This document shows positions 51,416 to 62,108 of a stretch of DNA of 64,000 nt, in pieces. The stretch spans positions 1,152,001 to 1,216,000 of the forward strand of contig OY970368.1 of NCBI GenBank assembly GCA_963718615.1, in the 5' to 3' direction. Position numbers and translations under genes: made by a program. This DNA comes from an uncultured cyanobacterium. GTDB lineage: Bacteria > Cyanobacteriota > Cyanobacteriia > PCC-9006 > JAAUQQ01. The first letter of the stretch is position 1, and each line of letters starts with the position of its first letter. The notes under the pieces were generated by a model. The model did no database searches. It was not told the DNA's origin and saw only the letters and a list, made by a program, of their open reading frames with translations.

Positions 51416-52120
51416 CTATCTCCGTTTGGAAATGACCCGCGCCGGAACCCCCACGGCCACGGAATAGGGCGGAATATCCCGCGTGACCACGGCATTGGCT
51501 CCAATGACACTGCCGCGACCAATCGTGACGCCATCCAATACCTTCACACCCGCCCCAATCCAGCAGTTATCTTCGACACAAATACCTTTGCGGGTGATTC
51601 CCTGCTCTTGGATCAAAAGATCAGGGTCAGAGAAATTATGATTATTCGCATACATGCCCACCTGTCCGGCAATTAAACAATCCTGGCCGATGGTGATCGA
51701 ACCTGGCCCCGCTATACAAGTAAAAGGACCTAGGTATGTGCGATCGCCCACTTCAATCCGACACCCCTCATAGTCCGGCACTGTATTGAGCTCTATCCCT
51801 CGCTCAAGAACCACATGATTGCCAATCCAAATCGAGGCACCGCCAGGTGTTGCGTTGAGTCGGGTATATTTGAAGATACGGACTCCCTCTCCCAAGTGAA
51901 TAGCGTGGGCTCCTAAGAACTCAACCCCTGCTTGGATATAGGCGGAACTGCCCCAGGTGGCAAAAATGGGTTTATACAAATAGCGGCGTAGAATCACTCC
52001 TACAGGACGAGGAATCCAACCCAGTGAGTAGGTGATGAGATATTCTCCCAATCGCGCCCACTTTGGACGAGGTTTGGTCTCCGGCAGACGTTTAGAAGAC
52101 GGAGCGAGCGTAGAATTCAT
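51416..52120 (-). CDS. Hexapeptide-repeat acyltransferase
   Basis: NCWIGAG..VLDGVTIG..SVIGA.AVVT, GVPAR. Confidence 0.92.
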   Translation of the reverse strand: MNSTLAPSSKRLPETKPRPKWARLGEYLITYSLGWIPRPVGVILRRYLYKPIFATWGSSAYIQAGVEFLGAHAIHLGEGVRIFKYTRLNATPGGASIWIGNHVVLERGIELNTVPDYEGCRIEVGDRTYLGPFTCIAGPGSITIGQDCLIAGQVGMYANNHNFSDPDLLIQEQGITRKGICVEDNCWIGAGVKVLDGVTIGRGSVIGANAVVTRDIPPYSVAVGVPARVISKRR

Positions 52121-52295
52121 GGCAGAGTCTTGCTTACAGTTCTACATCGAGCAGACAAAATCAGTTCATAAAATGCAATGTGGTATTAGTTGTAGTGTAC
52201 AGGAAAAAACAGAGTCCGATCCGTGACTTCTATCTCAGACTATCGTTGTTGTTGATGGGTTTCCGTAGGAAAGTAGGGAAGTTCATAGGAGATTT

Positions 52296-53117
52296 ATGGA
52301 CAAAAATATGGGGCTTTGCAGGATTTGTGGAGAAAATCTACAGCCATTGTTCAAACAACTGGTTCTGAATCAGTACTGGGTGAGTTACGCGCGATGCGAT
52401 CGCTGTGAAGCCCTCCAAACTGAAGACCCCTATTGGCTCAATGAAGCCTATGAAAAACAAGGAATTTCGGCTTTGGATACGGGGATTGTGCAGCGTAATT
52501 TGCGCATGGCAGCGCAAACCGCTCGATTGATTGATCAATGGCTACCCCAGGCTGAACGGTTTCTGGATTTTGGGGGAGGAACAGGGCTGTTTGTTCGATT
52601 AATGCGCGATCGCGGCTTTGCGTTTTATCGCTGCGATCGCTATACCGAAAATTTATTTGCTCATGGCTTTGACCTCTCGGATTTACCAGAAACAGCCCAA
52701 TTTGATTTGATTACGTCGTTTGAGGTTTTAGAGCATTTAGTCAATCCGCTAGAAACCCTTGGTAGCTTATTGCAAAAGGGCAACACCATCTTATTTTCGA
52801 CCGATCTACAGCCTGCGGTTGAGCAGCTCTCAACTTGGCCCTATTTGTTTCCGCTTTCGGGTCAGCATATTACGTTTTATACACCCAAAACACTGGAGTT
52901 TATGGCAGAACAATTGCATTGCAAAGTCTGTACCAATGGTCGAGATTTGCATGTTTTAACGAGACAGAATTTTTCGCAGCGGCGGTTGCGATCGCTCCTC
53001 ACCAAACCCCTGTGGCAACGGGGACTCAATTGGCTAGGGCATCGCCTTCGCACCAGACCGTCGTTGGTGGATCAAGACCTCCGGGCGGTGGTCAAGGGGC
53101 TGGAAAGAGGGGCATAA
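52296..53117 (+). CDS. Class I SAM-dependent methyltransferase
   Basis: CxxC x2, LDFGGG.G, FEVLEH, GQHI.FY. Confidence 0.9.
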   Translation: MDKNMGLCRICGENLQPLFKQLVLNQYWVSYARCDRCEALQTEDPYWLNEAYEKQGISALDTGIVQRNLRMAAQTARLIDQWLPQAERFLDFGGGTGLFVRLMRDRGFAFYRCDRYTENLFAHGFDLSDLPETAQFDLITSFEVLEHLVNPLETLGSLLQKGNTILFSTDLQPAVEQLSTWPYLFPLSGQHITFYTPKTLEFMAEQLHCKVCTNGRDLHVLTRQNFSQRRLRSLLTKPLWQRGLNWLGHRLRTRPSLVDQDLRAVVKGLERGA

Positions 53118-53125
53118 TTTCTTCT

Positions 53126-53644
53126 ATGAGAACTCACTACCGAATGGACGGCATTGCCTTGCTCGCCTGGAGCAGTCTGGCGATCGCCCCCCTCTTTCCC
53201 CTTGGCCCAGCCCAAGCCCTGCCGGACCCCGCTGCCAGTCAACAGCTCGAAACTACAAACAACTGCTCGGGCTGTATGCTCAGCGCGGCGAATTTTCGCT
53301 ATCGCTATTTGCAAGGTGCGGACCTCAGCGGGGCGAATTTACAAAATGCTGACCTAACGTTTGTGGACCTATCGGGGGCCAATCTCAGCGGGGCCAATCT
53401 TCAAGGCGTCAATTTCGAGCGTGCTAACTTAGCCGGAGCCAACTTAGCCGGAGCCAATCTCAGCCGTGCTTCCCTCATCCAGGCCAATCTAGAAAACGCC
53501 AATCTCGATAATGCTCGACTGGCCGAAGCGCTACTCCAGGGGGCTCAGGTGGGCGGCATTAGCGCCACGGGCGCGACACTTTGCTATGCGGTGTTGCCCA
53601 ACGGAGAGCCTTCGACCCAAGGCTGTCCGCTTTTTCCTCAATGA
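53126..53644 (+). CDS. Pentapeptide repeat protein, secreted/lumenal
   Basis: Signal peptide (AQA), C..C.L, A(N/D)L.. repeats. Confidence 0.9.
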   Translation: MRTHYRMDGIALLAWSSLAIAPLFPLGPAQALPDPAASQQLETTNNCSGCMLSAANFRYRYLQGADLSGANLQNADLTFVDLSGANLSGANLQGVNFERANLAGANLAGANLSRASLIQANLENANLDNARLAEALLQGAQVGGISATGATLCYAVLPNGEPSTQGCPLFPQ

Positions 53645-53662
53645 GTTTTAGGGAGTTTTAGG

Positions 53663-54328
53663 CTAGGGCTCAAGCCGCTGTAAGGCAATGGTAGCAGCCT
53701 CTGCCACTTGGGGATGGCCATCCTTGGCTAAGTATCGCAGGGCAGATTGGCTTTTTTCCGTGGGCAAATTCCCCAGGGCTTCCGCTAGCCGCTGACGCAC
53801 GAGCCAATCCTCCGCATTCGCAAACCGCAAAATATCGTCGACGATGCTGGGATCGCCAATTTCCCCAAAGGCCGCGATCGCCGCCTGATGGTTCAAAACC
53901 TCATCCCCTTCCAGCGCTTGCAGCAAAGCCTCCCTCGCCCGCATATCTTTGAGATTGCCAAGGGCGACCGCCGCGCTAAAGCGGACCAGCCAATCAGTTT
54001 CCTCGTAAAAGATGCGAATCAAAGGCTCTACAGCTCGACTATCTTCCAGATAACCCAAGGCTCCGACCGCTGCGGCCCGGACACTGTAGTCTGTTTCCGT
54101 TTCCAGGACCTGCATGAGCAAGTCATAGCATTCGGGCAAGGGCTTAATGCCTAGGGCGAAGACCGCCATGCCGCGCACCTGAATGCTGCCATCTTGGAGG
54201 ACTTTGCGAATGAGGGGAACAGCCTGTTCGGGCGTCGCATCTTTGAGGGCGACGAGGGCCAGTAGGCGATCGCGATCGCTCCCACTATCCAATTGCTCCG
54301 CCAGTTGTTCTAAGTTCAGTTCTGCCAT
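53663..54328 (-). CDS. nblB: HEAT-repeat protein, NblB-like
   Basis: AVPLI.KVL, VR.MAVFALG, WLVRFSAAVALG, WLVRQRLAEALG. Confidence 0.75.
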   Translation of the reverse strand: MAELNLEQLAEQLDSGSDRDRLLALVALKDATPEQAVPLIRKVLQDGSIQVRGMAVFALGIKPLPECYDLLMQVLETETDYSVRAAAVGALGYLEDSRAVEPLIRIFYEETDWLVRFSAAVALGNLKDMRAREALLQALEGDEVLNHQAAIAAFGEIGDPSIVDDILRFANAEDWLVRQRLAEALGNLPTEKSQSALRYLAKDGHPQVAEAATIALQRLEP

Positions 54329-54405
54329 GGAACCCCTCCTTTTACAGAGATCGTAGCTCGGGGGCGGAGCGGCGTCTAGAGCGGGTCGAGGTACGGTTCG
54401 ACCGC

Positions 54406-56694
54406 CTAGAGCAAGGCCAAATCCTCTAGGACTTCCGTTGCTGTGGCGTAGCGATCGCCAAAATGATACTTCGCCATCCGCTGGACAATCTTCTTCAACC
54501 CCGGTTCACAGTGCGCAAAGCCTTGCCATACCAAATCCCCCGTTTCCTCATCCTGCTCCAGCATGTGGGGTGGAATCCCCGTCAGCGCCCGCATGGCAAT
54601 AACCCCGAGGGCGTACAAATCGCTATTCAAACGCGGATGTCCTGCCAACTGTTCCGGCGGTGCATAGCCCTGGGTGCCGATGGCGATAGTTTTTTCGGTC
54701 TGCACTTCGTTCTGGGATTGCATCTGCTTCACCGCGCCAAAATCAATCAGAACCAATGCCCCATCCGGGCGGCGAATAATATTATTGGGTTTGATATCCC
54801 GGTGGATAATCCGGCGGTTGTGGATAAAACTTAGCGTTGGCAGTAGGTCCTGTAAGAGGGCGATGACTTTGTCTTCTGGCCAACGGCGATCGCTTGGCAG
54901 TTCCGCCGCCAAGGAGGTTCCCCGAATGAATTGCTCCACCAACAGAAAGTCCGCCCCCTCCTCGAAATAGGCCAAAAGCTGCGGGATGCGATCATGTCGT
55001 CCCAAAATTTCTAGGATCTCCGCCTCCGCCTGAAACAACCGCCGCGCCACCTGCAAAAACTGCGGATCCTGCCGACCAGGCCGCAGGCGCTTCACTACAC
55101 ATTCCGGCGCACCGGGGCGTTGGGTATCCTTGGCCACATAGGTAATGCCAAACCCACCCGCCGCCAGCACCTGCTGGATACGATAGCGATTCGCCACTAA
55201 CCCGTCCCGCTGAAACGATGAGGTCGCAGTTTGAATCTTGGTTTCCGGCTCCGCCTGCCGCGACAGCGAGAGCCGCAGCGCGAGGATTGCCTGTTCCTGT
55301 TCCGCTGCCCGTTCTGCCAAGAGCTGTTGTTCTCGCTGGGCACGGGAGCTGTTGTAGCTGATCATGGCGATGCTGCTGCCGATTAAGGCCACCAAGGGCG
55401 CGGTGATCGGCAACCAAACCCCTTGGAGAAAGAGCCCCCAGGTGCCTGCTAGGAGGAGGGCGATCGCCCCCGTTTCCATCAGGATCAACAGCCGCAGCGG
55501 ATTAGGCAGAAACCCACTCAGCGTCGCCCCTATCCCCGCACAGGCGAAAATGAGCAGCAACTCCCCAGATTCTGGCCAAACTCGCAGCAGCGGTCTCTCC
55601 CCCGCGACTGCATCAAGCAACTGGCTCACCATTTGGGCATGGACCACGACGCCCGGCATATCGAATCCGCCCCGTTTGTTCACGCTAAAAGGCGTGAAGA
55701 AAAAGTCTTTGCTGCTGAGGGCCGTGGTGCCAATCAGGACAATTTTGTCTTGAATCCAGTCGGGATTGACCTTGCCCTCAAGCACCTCCGCCAGCGACAC
55801 CGTTCGGGCAAAGTCTTTAGGATTGCGATAGTTCAAAATCAGCGAATAGCCCTCGTCAGCAATGGTTTGATACCCCCCATCATTGGCATTGAGGGGTTGA
55901 AACGTCGCCTTGCCCCAGTCGAAGCCAAAGGTTTCACCCGGTCGCGCTTGGGGGAGAACCCCGTCCGCACGAAAGTATTGCTCCGCCAACCGATAGGCGA
56001 ACGAGTATTGCAGATTGCCGGTCTCGGTTTCCCAGGTTAACAGCAACGCCCGTCGCAAAACGCTATCGGGATCAAGCGGAACATCATTAAAGCCAATCTG
56101 CTCCGGCGGCATGTCCGGCGGCGCGACGCCATTGGGATCCACAGCGGTGGGCAGTTGGCGAATCCCCACGACGTTGGATTGCTGAAGCTGCCGATGGAGG
56201 TCGGCTTCACCGGGGGGCTGGGGAAAGTCGCGGTAGATGTCGAGGCCGATGGTGCGGGGGTGGTGGGTCTGGAGTTGGGCGATCGCCCGAGCAAAAATCC
56301 CATCGGGCAAGGGCCATCGCTGCGCGGCCTGGATATCTTCTTCGGTGATTTGCACAATCAACAGCCGCTCATCCAGTCCTGGACTGGGCTGCAGCCGTAC
56401 CATTAAATCATAGGCTCGTAGTTCCCAGGCTTGCAGCCCCCCCGCTTGGCGCACCAGGACCAGCCCCCCTGTGGTGACGAGGGTGACGAGCAAAATCGGT
56501 CGAATAGCGGCAAACAGCGATTTCCCCTGGGCCGTGTGGCCAAGGGCTTGAATCCTTTGGGTGATCGCTTTCCCGATCATTCCCGGCTGTGCGAATTGCC
56601 CCCAGGATTGCCGCAGCCAGTCCAAACGGCCCCCTGACTGGGGAAGCTGGGTGGGGAAGTCGGGATCGGTGCTGTGAATGGGGCGATCGGGCAT
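54406..56694 (-). CDS. CHASE2-domain Ser/Thr protein kinase
   Basis: RWPL.D, IGLDIYRD, PGVVVHA, TMs; GGFG, HRDIKP, DFG. Confidence 0.95.
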   Translation of the reverse strand: MPDRPIHSTDPDFPTQLPQSGGRLDWLRQSWGQFAQPGMIGKAITQRIQALGHTAQGKSLFAAIRPILLVTLVTTGGLVLVRQAGGLQAWELRAYDLMVRLQPSPGLDERLLIVQITEEDIQAAQRWPLPDGIFARAIAQLQTHHPRTIGLDIYRDFPQPPGEADLHRQLQQSNVVGIRQLPTAVDPNGVAPPDMPPEQIGFNDVPLDPDSVLRRALLLTWETETGNLQYSFAYRLAEQYFRADGVLPQARPGETFGFDWGKATFQPLNANDGGYQTIADEGYSLILNYRNPKDFARTVSLAEVLEGKVNPDWIQDKIVLIGTTALSSKDFFFTPFSVNKRGGFDMPGVVVHAQMVSQLLDAVAGERPLLRVWPESGELLLIFACAGIGATLSGFLPNPLRLLILMETGAIALLLAGTWGLFLQGVWLPITAPLVALIGSSIAMISYNSSRAQREQQLLAERAAEQEQAILALRLSLSRQAEPETKIQTATSSFQRDGLVANRYRIQQVLAAGGFGITYVAKDTQRPGAPECVVKRLRPGRQDPQFLQVARRLFQAEAEILEILGRHDRIPQLLAYFEEGADFLLVEQFIRGTSLAAELPSDRRWPEDKVIALLQDLLPTLSFIHNRRIIHRDIKPNNIIRRPDGALVLIDFGAVKQMQSQNEVQTEKTIAIGTQGYAPPEQLAGHPRLNSDLYALGVIAMRALTGIPPHMLEQDEETGDLVWQGFAHCEPGLKKIVQRMAKYHFGDRYATATEVLEDLALL

Positions 56695-56861
56695 GGGGCC
56701 GGAGGATCGGGAATTAGGGTTATTTTCTCGCTACTATTTTTCCCAAATTTTGCTGAAACCCTCTGCGATAGTCCCATCCGCAAAAATTTTGATATTCAAT
56801 CCCCCACCCCAACCGTTATTCTGGAACAATCTTCAACGTTCAGCCCCGAATTCACAGCCCT

Positions 56862-57689
56862 ATGACTTCCCAACCGCCCATTCCCGTCATCATCAACGGA
56901 GCCACCGGCAAAATGGGCCGGGAAGCGATCAAAGCCGTCAGCGCCGCCACAGACCTGCGCCTGATAGGGGCCTTGGCCCGCAACCCGGAAAATCTCGGCA
57001 AAGACGCTGGCGAAATAGCAGGCTGTGGCCCCGTGGAAGTGCCCATTACCAACGATATGGAAGGCCTCTACGCCATGGCCTCCCAGGAAAAAGAAATTCC
57101 CGTGGTCGTGGACCTGACCCATCCCGATGTGATTTATGAGAATGTGCGGGCGGCGATCGCCTACGGCGTCCGTCCCGTCATCGGCACCACTGGCCTCACC
57201 CTTGAGCAAATTGCCGACCTCGATAGCTTTGCCCGCAAGGCCAGTGTCGGCGGCTTAGTCATTCCCAATTTTTCCATCGGCATGGTGTTGCTACAACAGG
57301 CTGCGGTTCAAGCTTCGCAGTTCTATGACCACGTTGAGATCATTGAACTCCACCACAACCAAAAAGCCGATGCCCCGAGCGGCACCGCTGTCAAAACCGC
57401 TCAGTTGTTGGCAGAACTCGGCAAAACCTTTAACCCCCCCCAAGTCGAAGAAACCGAGAAACTCGCCGGAGCCCGAGGGGCCGATGGCGGCGAAGGCATT
57501 CGGATCCACAGTATTCGCCTGCCGGGGTTGATTGCTCACCAGGAGGTGATCTTTGGTTGTCCGGGGGAAACGTATCTTTTGCGCCATGATACGAGCGATC
57601 GCATTTGCTACATGCCCGGTGTGCTGCTCTCCATTCGCAAAGTACGAAATCTGGAAGGATTGGTGTATGGCCTCGAAAAGATTCTTTAA
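56862..57689 (+). CDS. dapB: 4-hydroxy-tetrahydrodipicolinate reductase
   Basis: [26 protein letters not shown]. Confidence 0.98.
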   Translation: MTSQPPIPVIINGATGKMGREAIKAVSAATDLRLIGALARNPENLGKDAGEIAGCGPVEVPITNDMEGLYAMASQEKEIPVVVDLTHPDVIYENVRAAIAYGVRPVIGTTGLTLEQIADLDSFARKASVGGLVIPNFSIGMVLLQQAAVQASQFYDHVEIIELHHNQKADAPSGTAVKTAQLLAELGKTFNPPQVEETEKLAGARGADGGEGIRIHSIRLPGLIAHQEVIFGCPGETYLLRHDTSDRICYMPGVLLSIRKVRNLEGLVYGLEKIL

Positions 57690-57719
57690 ATATATTCTTT
57701 AGATATTAGATATATAGAT

Positions 57720-57808
57720 CTCCCCCTTAACCCCTCACCTGCAATAGGGAAGAAGGGGAGTGACTGCACAATTCCTCTCTTACAAGAGGAGAGGAATTTA
57801 GGGTAAGT
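57720..57808. repeat. REP-like double hairpin element
   Basis: CTCCCC..GGGGAG and AATTCCTCTC..GAGAGGAATT inverted repeats. Confidence 0.5.
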
Positions 57809-57824
57809 AGAAATTGGGGCGAGT

Positions 57825-57970
57825 GGCGCGATCGCCTCTTCTGCGGCCTGCCACCCCACAACGCTAGGCGGAAAACCCTGTACATTCACATAACCCAACA
57901 AATAACCCAACAGACGCAGTGTCATTGCGCCCATTGCCGATCGATAACCGGAGGAGCAATGCACTACGAC
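57825..57970 (-). pseudogene. C-terminal fragment of a rhodanese domain
   Basis: VVVHCSSGYRSA..L..LGY.NV....GW; N-terminal half absent; internal 12-nt duplication LLGYLLGY. Confidence 0.7.
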
Positions 57971-58183
57971 TTAAAGCTGTTCATGGGTCTGATTGGTATG
58001 AATTCCTAAGAGACGATAAAGGCCGCAAAAACCGAACAGCGCGGTTGCCAACAATACGCCACCTGCAACGACGAGTCCGATGCCCAAGGCGGAACCATTA
58101 TAGAGAAACAATCCCAAATAAAATAACCCTGAAGCTAATAGTAGGCGAATTAAGCGATCAACTGAACCAACATTCATTTCCAT
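57971..58183 (-). CDS. DUF2892 (YgaP-like TM) protein
   Basis: NVG..DR.IR, G.C.LY.LLGI.T. Confidence 0.9.
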   Translation of the reverse strand: MEMNVGSVDRLIRLLLASGLFYLGLFLYNGSALGIGLVVAGGVLLATALFGFCGLYRLLGIHTNQTHEQL

Positions 58184-58446
58184 GACGACAATCTCTTTTA
58201 TGACTTTAATATCTCATATTATAGTCAGTTGCTTATCGATTAAGTAGCCTGCTTCTCTTGCGTTTTGCGTTGTATTCAATCAATTCAATCAATTCAATCG
58301 ATAATTCAAACAATCGTCCATCAAGATCAAGGCAAATATCAGTGCAGCGTATGATGGAGGAAAGCTATGTTTTTATTGCAGATTTTATCCAGAGATTCGT
58401 TCAAACTGTTGTTCACTAATATCATTGCAAAAGCATTCAAGGAGTA

Positions 58447-58986
58447 GTGACAATGAAAGCCATTTTACGTTCTATTGGATCACTATTCATTCTCGGAATG
58501 TTAGCTTGGGTGTTGACGATTAATCTAGCGATCGCCCCCACCCAGGCAGCCACTCGCCACTTAGAAGAATCCCCCGGAGAGACGGTCTACCAGTCCGAAA
58601 TTTACCGATCTCGCCAAACGCTCAAGGATCAACAGGGCGGCAGTTGGCAAGCGATCGCCTTCCAGCGGACTCATCCTGATCACACCGCCACAATGTACTT
58701 ACGTCTGGTTGGGTTTCCAGGAACCGCAAACCTTGACCATTCGCAGCCCCTCACCCTCACCGACTCGATGGGAAAAACCTTCACTGCCGCCGACGTATCC
58801 CACGATATGTTTATGGATAAAATCCAAATGGAACCAGATGTCGGAGAGTATAATTTACAGCCGATCTTGATGCAGTTAGAATCGGCGATCCCATTGCAGT
58901 TAACCCTACTTAATCTCGATCAATCAGAGATCAAGCTGAATGTTTCTCCTGATGTGGTTGAAGAATGGCGATCGCTCATTGATTGA
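58447..58986 (+). CDS. DUF3122-like secreted protein
   Basis: Signal peptide, SRQTL.D..G.SWQ, LRLVGFPG. Confidence 0.75.
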   Translation: MTMKAILRSIGSLFILGMLAWVLTINLAIAPTQAATRHLEESPGETVYQSEIYRSRQTLKDQQGGSWQAIAFQRTHPDHTATMYLRLVGFPGTANLDHSQPLTLTDSMGKTFTAADVSHDMFMDKIQMEPDVGEYNLQPILMQLESAIPLQLTLLNLDQSEIKLNVSPDVVEEWRSLID

Positions 58987-59037
58987 TTCAAATCAAACGA
59001 CACAAATACTGTAAGAATCACTTTAGGAGTCACTATC

Positions 59038-59520
59038 ATGAATTTGGAAAGTCTAGCAGCGCTTAAACCCTATCTCAGCTTTTTCCACCCTATTACCATG
59101 TGGATCTTATTGGTGGTTGCGCTCTACGCGATGTATCTGGGCGTGCAAGTCCGGCGGGCGCGGCTGGCGGATGGCGAGCGCAAGAAAGAACTGGTGAAAG
59201 GTCGATTTGCCATTCGTCACCAGCAAATAGGTTCTATTCTCTTGGCCTTGATGGTAATCGGGGCGATCGGGGGGATCACCGTCACCTACCTCAATAATGG
59301 CAAGATTGTGATTGGTCCCCACCTGTTTGCTGGGTTAGGTATGGTGGGCTTGATTTCTACTTCTGCGGCGCTGGTGCCGTTTATGCAAAAACATGACTGG
59401 GTTCGCAACTTCCACGTTTCGCTGAACCTGATTCTGCTGGGTTTGTTTGGTTGGCAAGCCGTGACTGGAGTGCAAATTGTGCAAAAGATTGTCAGCCATA
59501 TGATGCAGTCTCCTGCATAA
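59038..59520 (+). CDS. DUF4079 membrane protein
   Basis: HP..MW, H..G, GPHLFAG, R..H..LN, Q..TG. Confidence 0.85.
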   Translation: MNLESLAALKPYLSFFHPITMWILLVVALYAMYLGVQVRRARLADGERKKELVKGRFAIRHQQIGSILLALMVIGAIGGITVTYLNNGKIVIGPHLFAGLGMVGLISTSAALVPFMQKHDWVRNFHVSLNLILLGLFGWQAVTGVQIVQKIVSHMMQSPA

Positions 59521-59603
59521 CTCTGGTCACAAAGCTTCTCTACAGGATCAAGCATTAATATCAACGTTCTATGGACGGCAGGGCAACATTGACGATTAAA
59601 AAG

Positions 59604-62036
59604 TCAATAGCCAGGTCTGATGGGGGCGGAAATAGGCAAGTTCAAGGCAAGGCTAATGTCCTGGCCTTGATGGGCGATCGCTAAATGCCTCCCTTCCTTT
59701 AGCCAGTAGGTGGCCGAATCAGGCTGAAGTTCTACGCTTAAAAGCTGGCCTTGAACGGTCAGGAAAAATTGCAGGCGTTTGATCCAATCCGGTATTTTAG
59801 GATTAAAAGATATTTTTCCATCATAATCTCGTAGACCACTAAATCCATACACGAGTGTCATCCAACTGCCGCCCATAGAAGCAATATGACAGCCATCTTG
59901 GGCATTGCCTGAGAGATTTTCCAAGTCCACTAACATGGCGTCGAGTGCATAGGCTGTCGCCAGTTCGACATGGCCGACTTCCGACGCGACAATGCTTTGG
60001 ATACAAGCGGATAGAGAAGAATCTCCGGTTGTTAGCGGATCGTAGTAATCAAAGTTTTTTTGCTTTTGTGCTAAAGAGAACTTATCACCTAATAAAAACA
60101 TGGCCAGCACGAGATCGGCTTGCTTGATCACCTGATGGCGATAAATGAACAAAGGATGGAAGTGTAGCAGTAGGGGATACTGATCGGCTGGTGTGTTTTC
60201 AAAATCCCAGTGCTGTTCATCCGAAAAACCATCGTGCTGAAGATGAATATCTAGCTTTTCATTGAAGGGAATATACATTTTGTCTGCGGCCTGCTGCCAG
60301 TCTTGCATCTCTGAGGCTTTTAGCCCAGTTTTGTCTGCAAGCTCCTGGAAACGCCCAGGCTGTTTTGCCTTCAGCTCCCCTAGTGTTGAAGCTGCATAGT
60401 ACAGATTCTCTTGGGCCATGAAATTGGTATATAAATTGTCGTTGACAACGGTATTATACTCATCGGGGCCGGTGACACCATGAATGCAAAATTGACCGTT
60501 TTCTTGAGCGGAAAAAAAGCCAAGGTCGTGCCATAGTCGGGCTGTCTCGATCAGCATTTCTGCACCTTTCTCATATAGGAAAGTGCGATCGCCCGTTACT
60601 TCGACATACTTTTTGAGACCAAACATAATGTCGGCATTAATGTGATACTGAGCAGTCCCGGCTTCGTAATAGGCGGAAGCTTCTTCTCCATTGATGGTTC
60701 GCCAAGGAAAAAGAGCCCCCTTTTGGCTTACCGCTTTAGCCCGCTCACGCGCTTTGTCTAAAAGTCCATACCGAAATTGCAGTAAATTCTGAGCCAGTTG
60801 AGGATTGGTGTAGGTCAAAAAGGGCAACACATAAATCTCGGTATCCCAAAAGTAATGTCCTTCGTAACCCTGCCCGGTTAGCCCTTTCGCCGGTAATCCC
60901 AGTCCATCAGTTCGACTGGTCGCCTGTAGAATATGAAACAAATTGAAGCGAATGGCTAGCTGTACGGTATTTTTTCGGATCACCCCATCGGATTTTGTCG
61001 CAGACTGTTGGGCCAGTTTTGTAGGCGATTCTGTGGGCAATTCTGCTTCGATGTGAATATCGCTGCGCGACCAAAAATCATCCAGATAGGCTCGCTGGCT
61101 GCTTTTGAGCGCTTCAAAGCTTTGGACAACGGCGCGGTCCAGTGTTCGCACTGCACGTGTACACATCTCCTGCGGAGAAGACCGCTGTGAGGTGTGATAG
61201 GTCATGTACTTGGTTAGCCGGACAGGAATGCCTGCCTGAGCATTGATCGAAAAAATGACTTCGCCGCTATCTGCTTGATACTCACTATCGATAGAAAAGG
61301 AAGAATCGCAAGCAAAAGTGTGATCCATTCCGGTGGCCAGTGTGAGTCCACTGCTGTGGGTTTCGTGCGCGAGCAGAACTCGACCTGCCTTAGCACTCCC
61401 CATTCTAGGCAGCAAGACTCGTTTGGAAAATTCTTTAGTTTGACGCGGATCGCCATAGTTCGCTGGCTGGCTATTATCGGCTCCGTACGACTCATAGTGG
61501 ATTTTAGAAACGATCTCTATGGGTGCATCATTGTCGATGACTGTCACTTCGTAGGCGATCGCGGCCAAATGGCGATGTTTAAAGGAGACTAGTCGTTGAG
61601 ATTTAATCGAAATTTTTTTGCCAGCGGGGGTCTCCCAGATAATTTCTCGGTTTAGCACCCCTGTTTGTAGATCGAGCGATCGCTCATAGCTACACAAATT
61701 CGCTGTCGGTAGGTAAAAGGCCTCATCATCAACGTAAAGCTTGATAATGCTGCTATCAGGGACATGTATCATCGTTTGGCCAATCTTGGCAAAACCGTAA
61801 GCTTCCTCGGGATAAACGATTGGCCAGGATTCATAAAATCCGTTAATAAAGGTGCCACTTTGAGACACCGGATCGCCTTCTTCAAAACAGCCCCGCATTC
61901 CGATATAGCCATTACTCAGGGCATAGAGTGTCTCCATTTTGCCCAGTGTTTTAGGATCATAGTGTTTTTCTATAAGTTTCCAGAGATGACTAGAGTCGGT
62001 GTGTTGAGATAGATTTTCGGGTTGGCGATTCGCCAT
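59604..62036 (-). CDS. GH65 family alpha-glucoside phosphorylase
   Basis: SNGYIG.RG, KGLTG..YEGHYFWDTE, GPDEY, KQAD, DSSLS; start 62036 or 62099. Confidence 0.95.
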   Translation of the reverse strand: MANRQPENLSQHTDSSHLWKLIEKHYDPKTLGKMETLYALSNGYIGMRGCFEEGDPVSQSGTFINGFYESWPIVYPEEAYGFAKIGQTMIHVPDSSIIKLYVDDEAFYLPTANLCSYERSLDLQTGVLNREIIWETPAGKKISIKSQRLVSFKHRHLAAIAYEVTVIDNDAPIEIVSKIHYESYGADNSQPANYGDPRQTKEFSKRVLLPRMGSAKAGRVLLAHETHSSGLTLATGMDHTFACDSSFSIDSEYQADSGEVIFSINAQAGIPVRLTKYMTYHTSQRSSPQEMCTRAVRTLDRAVVQSFEALKSSQRAYLDDFWSRSDIHIEAELPTESPTKLAQQSATKSDGVIRKNTVQLAIRFNLFHILQATSRTDGLGLPAKGLTGQGYEGHYFWDTEIYVLPFLTYTNPQLAQNLLQFRYGLLDKARERAKAVSQKGALFPWRTINGEEASAYYEAGTAQYHINADIMFGLKKYVEVTGDRTFLYEKGAEMLIETARLWHDLGFFSAQENGQFCIHGVTGPDEYNTVVNDNLYTNFMAQENLYYAASTLGELKAKQPGRFQELADKTGLKASEMQDWQQAADKMYIPFNEKLDIHLQHDGFSDEQHWDFENTPADQYPLLLHFHPLFIYRHQVIKQADLVLAMFLLGDKFSLAQKQKNFDYYDPLTTGDSSLSACIQSIVASEVGHVELATAYALDAMLVDLENLSGNAQDGCHIASMGGSWMTLVYGFSGLRDYDGKISFNPKIPDWIKRLQFFLTVQGQLLSVELQPDSATYWLKEGRHLAIAHQGQDISLALNLPISAPIRPGY

Positions 62037-62108
62037 ATTTTTAGTATTATTTAGAGCTGTTCTATCTTTGATTTTAAAAAGATAAAATTGAAGGTCCATA
62101 AGCAGTTT

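Noticed and set aside
52835-53125. Long N-terminal extension of the pentapeptide protein
   Set aside because: Overlaps the methyltransferase; the signal peptide fits a start at 53126 or just after
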